From Macrostomum lignano (lineage: Eukaryota), in contig NIVC01004440.1 of assembly GCA_002269645.1 (NCBI GenBank), positions 1-45,849 on the forward strand: DNA of 45,849 nt. Reading direction: 5' to 3'. The notes under the pieces were generated by a model. That model did no database searches and was not told where the DNA came from. It saw nothing but the letters and a program-made list of their open reading frames with translations. Of the stretch, positions 1 through 10,400 are shown one piece after another. A program made the position numbers and the translations under genes. Position 1 is the stretch's first letter. Every line of letters starts with the position of its first letter.

Positions 1-433
1 CTGGCCCCGTAGCCTGAGTAGTCGTAGCTGAACACGTTCATATTGATCCGTCTAGCCAGCCAATTAAAAAGCTACTAATCTGACCCAAATCCACGGCGTT
101 ACCGTGAGAGAAGAGCAGGGTGTACTTTGACCTGGCGTGCGCCCCGGCGCTAACCATCATACAAGCTATTGTCTGTGCCATTCGCTGTGGTGGCCAGAAA
201 TGCGTCTAGAAATCGGATTTATCCTCGTTGGAGAATTGGAAACTCGGCTCGGTCGCTCAGGTGCAATTGAAAGGCAGGCGAGGCGACCCCGTGACGATCT
301 CTGCGAGGCAGTTGCGCCAGCGCTGGCCACAAGAGAATAAGTTGGCTCGGGCGGCAGGAAGGCCAATTTAGCGGCAATGCGGGATGGCAAAGGCGGCCAG
401 CCAGAACAGGCAGCAGAGATCCGCGCAAGACAT
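1..433 (-). CDS. ABHD17: ABHD17-family alpha/beta hydrolase (protein depalmitoylase), N-terminal part; runs off the window; several single-base frameshifts
   Basis: Stitching minus-strand frames from the ATG at 433 gives [32 protein letters not shown]...[11 protein letters not shown]...TIACMMV...[41 protein letters not shown]. This matches the ABHD17 Cys-rich palmitoylated N-terminus and the [10 protein letters not shown] and YDYSGYG motifs. About 5 frame changes are needed. Confidence 0.9.
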
Positions 434-559
434 GCTTTGTAGTTAATTCCTCGGCTCTATATCGTATATATAATATTATCTTTTATCCACCTCTTGCTGC
501 ACAACTGAACTGGAATAAAACAGTAAAAATCAGGCCAATTTAAGGTCATGTTTTCTATA

Positions 560-748
560 TGTAGATGGACTGGTGGCGTCGCCACACACACAGCCTCAAT
601 TACCCCAGCTAATGCTGGCACCCATTTTACAGCTGGGTGAACTGAGCAAGTGTCTTGCTCAAGGACACAAACTGTACCAGTGGGATTGGGAATTGAAACT
701 CCAACCTTTAACTGTTGACTCTAATGCCCTAGCCACTAGGCTAGGCAA
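560..748 (-). mobile_element. tRNA-derived SINE, copy 1 (degenerate, short internal deletion)
   Basis: Minus strand: box-A-like TAGCCTAGTGG, decayed box B, then GTGTCCTTGAGCAAGACACTT...TTCACCCAGCTGTAAAATGGGTGC. Homologous to 31060-31222. Confidence 0.7.
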
Positions 749-1091
749 CAATCCTCTCATTGATACTTACTATCAATATTACAAGCTGATAATAGTAATC
801 AAATATTATTTGTCTGTCTAAAATTAATTTGAAACTTTTAACTAATAAATTAGAAATAATTAGGATTTACGAGTACTAAAGCTATTTATGCAAAGAATTT
901 AGCATACAGTAAGTAATAATTACTATAAAAATCACATTAAAGGCTTAAGCTTTCTTATTAAACACAGAATTTACCAAAAAACTTTAGGTTTTCAATTTTT
1001 CTAGGTAGTGGATAATTAGATATAATTAGATAAAACTAAGTCCCATATTTGAGTTGCATCATTGTCACAACTAGGGTTTAAGTGTGTTACT

Positions 1092-1263
1092 CATGCTTGG
1101 GCGCAACCTTGGGATTCACTCGGCTGTTTCTATTGGCAACACACACATGTAAGTCGCTATTGGACGGAATAGTAGTCACATGACTGCTCTCAGCCAATAG
1201 TGACTAACATGTGTGTGTTGCCAATAGAAATGGCCAGGTGATTCCCAAAGTTGCGTATGTATG
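1092..1263. mobile_element. hAT-type MITE, subfamily A (palindromic, 172 bp)
   Basis: Perfect 8-bp TSD GTGTTACT (1084-1091 and 1264-1271). Ends are CATGCTTGGGCGCAAC / GTTGCGTATGTATG. The body is a long inverted repeat around a 30-nt core. Confidence 0.88.
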
Positions 1264-1859
1264 GTGTTACTCACTAATTTGAATGGCAGCCAATTGACAT
1301 GCAAACCAGACTCTGGAAGGTTACATATATGCCAGAAAACTCCTGTATACAAATGACCCCTTTCAAAGTTAGCATACAAATTTCAGGATACAAATCCCTA
1401 TTGGAATAAATTCTGAAAATTTGTGGATAGATATCAAGGGTCCAAAGGGTGCCAAGGAGTCAGTCTCCAATGTAATGGGCCATGTCAATGGGTCACTTTA
1501 AAAGTCACTCATACAAGTGGTCACAAATAGCATAGTGCCAACTTTTAACTCCTGCCTGGCAGAAAATGTGCCACACTGCAAGGTCATTTTGAAAATATGC
1601 CAGACAGTTGTCTGCTTTTTAGCAACTTTTTCCAATAGAAATACAAATTCATGCCATGCATTAAGATTTTAATTTAAATTAACATTTTATAGAAAAAAGA
1701 AAAATATGTAAACACTATACCTATAAAGTCAATGATGAAATTTTTGCTTTTTTTACAATGAACATTAAAAAAATAGACCCTAGTGAAAATTACTGCTAAA
1801 AACTTTAATTATACATTATTATTTTTAGAGGTATAATTTAATATTTGTTGAAAATAAGA

Positions 1860-2420
1860 ACATTTCTTGTAGGTGAGCACAGTTGGCATGTATCACTCCT
1901 AAGAAAATAGTGTGCATACATATCTGGTATGCACCTTATAGAATCACATCATGCTTGGGCGCAACCTTGGATTCACCCGGCCGTTTCTATTGGCAACACA
2001 CGCATGTAAGTCGCTATTGGCTGAGAGCAGTCACGTGACTACTGTTCTGTCCAATAGCAACTTACATGCGTGTGTTGCCAATAGAAACGGCCGAGTGAAT
2101 CCCAAAGTTGCGCATGTATGAATCACATGGAAGAGTTAGTGTTAAGTGAAAAAAAGATAGAAAGAGTTTTAAACATAAATTTCAAGCTTTCTAGTTTTTT
2201 AAGCTTGTAATAAGGCATTTAAATAAATATTTGCATGTATCAACTTTTTGCCATAAATAGTATCAGCAAAAAAGCTAAAATTCAACCAAATTATCAGCTA
2301 AAAGGGTCCCTTACACAATGCTATAAAGTTTCTTTATTGTTTGAAAATAAAAATGGTCCTTTATTATTGCAACATTGGCATAGATTTGAGAGTGAGTATG
2401 CATTTAAAATGTTTTTGTGA
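1860..2420. repeat. Older AT-rich dispersed repeat (inverted paralogue at 18170-18610, partial inverted copy at 2880-3060)
   Basis: Shared segments such as atgtatcaactttttgccataaatagtatc vs reverse complement of 18340-18368, and gtgcacacca..actattttcttaggagtgatacatgccaact at 18490-18545 vs reverse complement of 1870-1940. Confidence 0.65.
1950..2120. mobile_element. hAT-type MITE, subfamily A, second copy (171 bp)
   Basis: Perfect 8-bp TSD AATCACAT (1942-1949 and 2121-2128). Same ends as 1092-1263. Inserted into an older dispersed repeat whose empty-site paralogues are at about 2905-2960 and 18460-18500. Confidence 0.9.
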
Positions 2421-3294
2421 GCATTTGTAAGTATTTAATTTTTGTTTGGACATGCACTTAGCATAATCTAGAATATAGCATTCATTTAGCTAAGATAGGA
2501 TTATTGTTTTAGCATATAGTAGACCCTGGCATGCAAACTCTTATATCAGATATTTGTTACATTACTAATATAATTACTTACTTTGTATAATATGATATAC
2601 AATAATTTAAATAAAGATTGATATAAAGAATAAAATAGATCACAAGAAATAAATAATACTTTTGACTATAACTAACTTTTAAATGTATACCCAAATAAAA
2701 TTTTAAGAGTTTACAAATACACAGCAAAAAAATTCAGTATATGCCCACACTTTTAAAATCTTCTTGTTTACTATTATCCTTCTTGTCTACTATTATATTT
2801 ACAGTAGAAAATCAATATGCATAAACTTTTGTTGTAATACATTATTAATGAGCTTAAAAGCCAAAAAATTTGAAATTTATGCTAAAATATAAACATTTTC
2901 AATCTTTTTCCCCTTAACACTAACTCTTCCACATAATTCTATGAAGTGCACACCAGGTGTACACATATACTATTTTTAAGAGTCATGTATACCAATTGTA
3001 CACACCTAAATTTAAGTGCACAAGGCCACTGCACATCCAAATTTTTGGGCATTTACTACATGATCCAGAGTATGGATTTGTACTAACAGTAATGCACTAT
3101 AATATATATATATATATATCATTTGCATACAAAAAATGCTTTCTTTAACTCAAGAACTCTTTAGGATTACAAAAAGATTGTATCTCAAAGAACAAAAGTT
3201 TTTTTTGCAAGGTAGCAAGTATTGGATTCTAATAGGCCTTGGCTTACCTTTTAGTCTATATTCTCCTTGGCTTTGTTGTCATATTCACTTTTAT

Positions 3295-3672
3295 CATACA
3301 TGCCCAACCTCAAAATTTCACCTGTCTGGTGTGACTTAGTTTTGTCCAGATTTGTGACTTAGTTCCTCCTGATTGCAACTTAGCTCTTCCTAATTGCAAC
3401 TTAGTTTCTCCCAATTGCAACTTGGCTCCTCCCAATTGTGAATTAGTTCCCCTGATTATGACTTAATTTTCACTTTGTATGATTTTTCTTGCCTTTTTTT
3501 CTTTTTCTTTTTCTTTCCTTTTTTCTTGTCTTTCTTTTCTTTTTTCTTCCTTTCCTTTCTTTCTTCTTTCAATTTTTTGATTTTTTGCATTTTCAATTTT
3601 GTGACTTACCTTGTCTGGTGGCCATTTCACCCGTCTAGTTTGGATAGGTTGGACAAGTGTTGGGCATGTATG
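3295..3672. mobile_element. hAT-type MITE, subfamily B (internal ~20-bp subrepeats plus CT-rich tract)
   Basis: 14-bp TIR CATACATGCCCAAC...GTTGGGCATGTATG. Only 6 bp of TSD (TTTTAT) survive. Homologous to 19259-19573. Confidence 0.8.
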
Positions 3673-3956
3673 TTTTATCATATAGGGGCCCTAAGAACAA
3701 GATAACAAAGTGACAAGGAGCAAAGTAGTCTTGCAAACCAGACTTTGGAAGGCTACATGCATGCTGGAAAATTCTAGGCCTAGCATTCAAAACACCCCTT
3801 TCAAAGTTGGCTTAGGCCCTACAAATTTTGGCATACAATTTCATGCAAATATTTTTGGCATACAAATTATGGCATACAAATTAATGGCATTTTTGCATAC
3901 CAATTTTGGTGAATAAATTCATGCTAAGCATAAATATTATAGTGTAAAAAATGTTT

Positions 3957-4426
3957 TTATAAGGCAGTTGTTATTTGTCCCGTGACCAGATAAATAGCCA
4001 TTTTACTATTTGTCTAGTCAAATTGCTAACTATTAATATTGCTATTTGTTTTGTGATGAATATTCTAGATTTTTAAGACCTTTTCATGTATACTGATTAA
4101 TATTTTGTTGTATACTAGTGTATATATAAGAAAGCAATGTACTCAATTCGACATAATTTGGTGTATAAGACATACACTAGTATAAAAACAATAATCAAGA
4201 TACAAGTAAGAAGTCTTTGAAGTCTAGGAATATTCACCCTTGTAGTTTCTATAAAATAGATATTTTAGCATTATCAATTTAACTAGACAAAAATTAAAAA
4301 GCCTATTTGTCTGGTATTAACCAGATGAAAGGGAAAGCATGGCCATTATCCAGTAACTGCTACTGGACAAATAACCACATTGCTATTTGTATTGTCTGTC
4401 ACTAGACAAATAAAAACTGCCTTTAT
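3957..4426. mobile_element. Degenerate foldback / non-autonomous DNA element
   Basis: Ends ataaggcagttgttatttgtcccgtgac and gtcactagacaaataaaaactgcctttat are inverted. Internal segments 4040-4130 and 4150-4240 are also inverted. No TSD identified. Confidence 0.55.
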
Positions 4427-4564
4427 ATAAAAAAAGAAAAATTTGTATAGTCTAAAAAGTAAGAAACTTTTTGCTTTTTAAAAATTAACATTAAATAATA
4501 TTAGTGTCAATTGTTGCTTAGAATGTAAATTTTTCATCATTTTTTCTATAGCCATAGGTGTAAT

Positions 4565-5161
4565 CACGAGTATAAATTTGGCCGTCAACTTTTACATCAA
4601 CTTTTCCATTAACTTTTCCATTAACTATTCCGTCAAGTCATTGTTCATTCCAATAATTTTTTTTGTTAACTCTTCCGTCAACATTTCCGTTTACTATTCT
4701 GTTAACTTTTTCGCCAAATATCTCATGCTTTAAATTTGTTGAGAGTATACACATGTATGTACATGTATAAATTCTAAAAAAAAAACACACGCAAAAATTT
4801 CCAGTGCGACATGTTCCAGAATTTAATTGGTATTGCTGCACTACCTGCACTACAACATCTGCACTTGTTCATCGATTTATCTTTGTGAAATGAAGCGCTG
4901 GTACTAGAGAAAATGGAAAAAATAATTATGCATGTTGTTACTAATGCAGGCTTGTTTTTTCATTGACATATTTAAGCATGCAAACACAATAAATGATCAA
5001 AGAGCTACTCGCATGATGATCCTATTTGAGAAAGTCACATATGTTTTTTTTAGAACAATAAATTGTTGACAGAAAATTTGACAGAATACTTGACAGAAAA
5101 GTTAACGGAAAATTTGGCGGAAAAGTTAACAGAAAAGTTGACGGCCAAAGTTATACTTGTG
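4565..5161. mobile_element. CAC-terminated non-autonomous DNA element with subterminal ~12-bp repeats
   Basis: TIR CACGAGTATAAATTTGGCCGTCAACTTTT vs reverse complement CACAAGTATAACTTTGGCCGTCAACTTTT. Subterminal repeats are ttaacttttcca / gaaaagttaac. TSD not resolved. Confidence 0.65.
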
Positions 5162-7470
5162 TATAATCTAAGTTTGTTTAATATGAAAATACTAGTAATA
5201 TTTTATTTTTAAAGACTTTTTATACAAAAGCCTTTTTAGGAAACTCTACTTGTGAAAAACAAATGACCTTTTTAGGAAGAATTTTTGGCATAGCCATACA
5301 TTTTAGGGAATTTTTTTTGGCGTATACTAGTATATATTTAACTAAGATAGGATTCTTGTTTTAGTCTACACTAACACTACTACACAATCTAGACCCTGGC
5401 TTGCAAATACTTTACTAATGACTGGATAGCCTAACTATAATACTTTGTTTGGTAACATAGCATATAGATATAGTATAGAAATTTGATAAAAATTCACACA
5501 AACAAAAACAGAAACCTAGAGTCTAGACACTTTCTACTTTTTTGGTTCCAGCTTCTAGTGAGAGAAGTAATTAATAGATAGGCCTAGAAGAAGCCATCAT
5601 GTGAGTATTAACTGAATGAAAGTTTATCTTCTGCATCTGCACACGTGCACCAAAGGCCTGGGTTCTCATTGGTTCACAATAAATGCATTATGTCAATTGT
5701 CAGTGCAAAACAAATGTTGCAAGGAATTCTAATGAGCATACTATATTTTTTGATATACCATATAGAGTATAGACTGACAGTATACATATTGAACTTCGTG
5801 AAAAAGAATATAATGGTAATAAAATTTAATCGAAAACTGCAAAATTATATGAAGGAACTAACTAGGCCTGGACCTGATAAATGCCGTAATTACAACTAGG
5901 CCTACAAGACTCAAAAGGCTATTATAAATGAAAAACTGAACGCCTTACTTAGATATTATTATCAGGTACTTCTCTGTTTTATAAGCAGTAATACAAGTTA
6001 GGAAAGGTTTTTTCAGGACAGTCGCCAACTAAAAAATCAGTCAAGCAGCTCTGAATCTGATATTTGCAGAACCAACCTGGCCTCGACGGCGTTGGTCACT
6101 TTTTCTTTCCGTTTCCTATAATTTCTTAGAACATGTTATTTTTAATCTTTTGCTTTAACATTTTAACACAAAAGTCATTTAAAAAACACACTATATTACG
6201 AAATTTAACCACAACATCAATCGATGAATATAAAATTTTAAGAGGAGTGGATAGGCTAATATCGAAAAATAGGACGCTGTAAAACGGGGTACCATCAGTG
6301 TCTGGGCGCTTGAACGAAGTAACTTCTAATTACTGCTGAATAATCTAGCTAAGAAAGCTTGTCCTTGGCTACATGTAAGTTTCTAACTGATTTGTACACA
6401 CGTTTTACAGGACAGGTGCCATAAAATGCACAACCCATATTCAATAGCTTTAGTTAACTTACTAAGTTACTATGGAAAATCTTGATAGCCATTCAATTGT
6501 TAGACTGTTGCTTTATAGATACATGTACTTAGTTACACAGTAAACTTAAATGACTTAGAATCCGTACTTGGTAGGATTTTGAAAAAAAGGTTTGAGCCTA
6601 GTTGAAATAATACAAACTGAAACAAAGCAACATTATTTAACGTATTATAATATAATTTTTTAGCACCAACTGGTTAAATTTTATTCGTAAAACGAGCATT
6701 CATGTACAAATACAGCAGTGATATAAGCAAAGGGTGACTACCACCAGTAATATTGTTACCTATTATTATTATTATTAAAAACTAATTTTAAAACTTTTGT
6801 TATTAAAAACTAGATACTAAGAAGACGGAAGAATAATTAGCCAACAACAGCGCCCTATACCTGATCTGAAGAAGTCAGAATGGATGGCTTAACACAGATA
6901 AGGGTATAGTATTCTTATAATGAGCTGGATATGGTGTCTTATAATTACAGTAATAACAGCCGCAAACATACTACTTTATGTTTTAGTACTCTGAAAATTG
7001 TTTTACACTGAGTGCATATAGAGCAACATAACAGATACGCTCGTAATTAATGAATAGAATATTTTATTAACAAATACACACATAAACGCGAGAACAATGA
7101 ACTTACAGTAATTATAATATTAAAACCAAACTAATAAAAATAGAAAGATTTTATTAAAATAAACACATACATTGCGACAACCTTCTTCCAAAAGTGGACT
7201 TTATAAAGGCCACTCGGCATACTGTGTGTGTGAACTACCTTTAGTAGTAGTTTAATCGTATTAGTCTTCTATTAGTCTAAGCATATTTTAAAACGTATTT
7301 CACAAAAATAGTTCAGCACACACTGAGCATACTACTCAATTAATATAGTAGTTGACTCTACGAGTTACTATAAGCTGTATAGCAACTTCTGCGTATTATA
7401 AACCAGTCACTTTGACTTAAGCAGCGCTAGCCTGTGTTAAAAAGAGTAGAATCAACAGTTCCAACCAGAA

Positions 7471-10400
7471 TCAGAGACGCCAATACGCAACATTTTCAGC
7501 GTGCTCATTAGAGCCCAGATGATCCTCCAATTCTTTCAGGTCGTGCAGAAACAGGCCGGCATTGCCGCACGAGTCGTAGCACACCGGACAGACAAAAGCC
7601 CAGCCATCGTCGCGTCGCGATTGTACAGCCCGATTCAGGCACTGCAGTTGATCGTTTAGAAACTGTCGCCATCGCAGTACCCAGGCATCCCAACCGGATT
7701 TGTTATAATTGGCGTTGGCGCCGTTATCAGGCAATAACTGGCCACCGGCACTGGTAGCTAACAGTCTACCCTTATTCGCGCCAATATCCTGAATGGCATT
7801 GTGCAGCGAATACATGGAGCAATTGGCAATCTGGTTTGTAGGCGTGCCCATAGTTACGCCAAGCCGGCGAGGCCAGCCCCAGTAGTCGGCATTCGGACCG
7901 GCTGTCTCGAGTGTTTTTGGCACCAGAGGATAAGCGGTCTTGAAGAATAGCTGACGCAATAGACTGCGCAGCATGTTCTGGCGATTGCGCAGATTAACAA
8001 GATCGCATTCCACCAGTTGCAGACTGCTGCTGCCGCCGCTGGTAAAGTGTTTGTGGGGGGGGGGGTGTAGCTCAAGTAAATGTGAGATTCACAGACGACC
8101 CCTTTTGGCCCTTAGTGACGAATTCTCGAGGGAAACTTCTACCCTAGCAGCTTGAGGTAATTATGGTCATTCCGCTGACTGCAAACACGCACTCATACAC
8201 ACGCTCACACAGGGTGTACAACAACCATCAAGGCCAATGTTTAGTCAACACAATCCACACAAGACATCTTATGCTGCCTTGCCGCGTATGGAATAGGTAT
8301 TTAGCAACAAATAAATAAATATATTTTTTAAATAAAACACTACTGCATGTAGCTTTTGACCCTTTAGTCACTACATTGTTCATTATTTAAGAAAAATGAT
8401 GTTCAAAGCAAAAAAGAATCCACCTTCAGAGCCCAAGATTTCACATCCATCCTCTATGAGCTTTGGCATCAAAGCATCTAAGCGTCCTTTATGAGCCACA
8501 GCATTTCAGCGATTCCCCCCATGAGCCTTGACATCTTAGCAATTCCACCTATGAGCCTTGACATCTTAGCAATTCCACCTATGAGCCTTGACATCTTAGC
8601 AATTCCCCCCATGAGCCTTGACATCTTAGCAATTCCACCTATGAGCCTTGACATCTTAGCAATTCCACCTATGAGCCTTGACATCTTAGCAATTCCACCT
8701 ATGAGCCTTGACATCTTAGCAATTCCCCCCACGAGACACGAGTCTTGTGCTTAAATTGCTCCTCACATACCTATAATATTTAATTATGTTTCTGACATCA
8801 GTTGTACAAAGTATCTGCAGAGCAACTGACTTACCGATCGCCAAGCATAAAATTAGCCTGCATTCGAATTTGATTAACTCGAACTAGATCAGAATTGTCC
8901 AACAGCACATCCGGCTGTACTAATAAATCGTGCGCCGGATCAACTGGCTGGCCATCGATAGCGCCCATGCCGCACAGGAAGCCGGTGTAGTGCGTGAGGC
9001 CATGCGGATTGCACCGCGGCTCCATCTGGGGTGCGAACAGCAGGCACAGAAGCGCAGGCAGGCCCGGTATATGGGGAAACAAAGTCGTATGACTCAGCAC
9101 TAATCGATTCTGATTCTTCGAATCGAGCATCACGGAGCCGGCAATGAGCAGCCGGTCTGTTGGATTCTGCGGCTCGGGATCGATGGCAACAGAATTGACG
9201 GAATCCGCATCCAGACCGATCTGTTTCCGCCTGTAACTGTTGCATAGGCCGCGAAATTTCATCTCAAACGGATGGCTAGGGCCGCGCGGCGTGAAATAGC
9301 CCCGGCCGAATACTGGCGCCCCAGCGGTCAGCTCGAAATTTCGAACTAGCACGTCGAGTTCGGACCGATCGAATAGCCGACCGTAACTGCCATTGCCGCC
9401 AGAGGTGGAGGCGGCGGAATTAGTCTTGCCATGGCTGGTTGTGAATGTCCGCCTACGATGGCTATTATCACGACGGGACTCGTAGCATTCCGTGGCGGAT
9501 TCGGCCAGCGACAGGTCGAAGCCGTCCTGTATACGGGGCGCACCGATTCGGCGAAGTATTTCGGACAGAGTGGCCGACGCCCAGTCCGGCATGTTGCGAC
9601 AGGCCGAGCCCTGTAGAGTTGACGGGTTATAAATATAGGTGATACCACGGGGCCTGTGATACCCTGATATCCTTCAGTGTGACTGTGATACCCTGATATC
9701 CTTCAGTGTGACTGTGATACCCTGATATCCTTCAGCGTGCCTGTGATACCCTGATATCTTTCAGTGTGTCTGTGATACCCTGATATCCTTCAGTGTGACT
9801 GATACCCTGATATCCTTCAGTGTGACTGATACCCTGATATCCTTCAGTGTGACTGATACCCTGATATCCTTCAGTGTGTCTGTGATACCCTGATATCCTT
9901 CAGTGTGTGCCTGTGATACCCTGATATCCTTCAGTGTGTGCCTGTGATACCCTGATATCCTTCAGTGTGTGTCTGTGATACCCTGATATCTTTCAGTGTG
10001 TCTGGGATACCCTGATATCTTTCAGTGTGTGCCTGTGATACCCTGATATCCTTCAGTGTGACTGTGATACCCTGATATCTTTCAGTGTGTCTGTGATACC
10101 CTGATATCCTTCAGTGTGACTGATACCCTGATATCCTTCAGTGTGACTGATACCCTGATATCCTTCAGTGTGTGCCTGTGATACCCTGATATCCTTCAGT
10201 GTGTGTCTGTGATACCCTGATATCTTTCAGTGTGTCTGGGATACCCTGATATCTTTCAGTGTGTGCCTGTGATACCCTGATATCCTTCAGTGTGACTGTG
10301 ATACCCTGATATCTTTCAGTGTGTCTGTGATACCCTGATATCCTTCAGTGTGACTGATACCCTGATATCCTTCAGTGTGACTGATACCCTGATATCCTTC

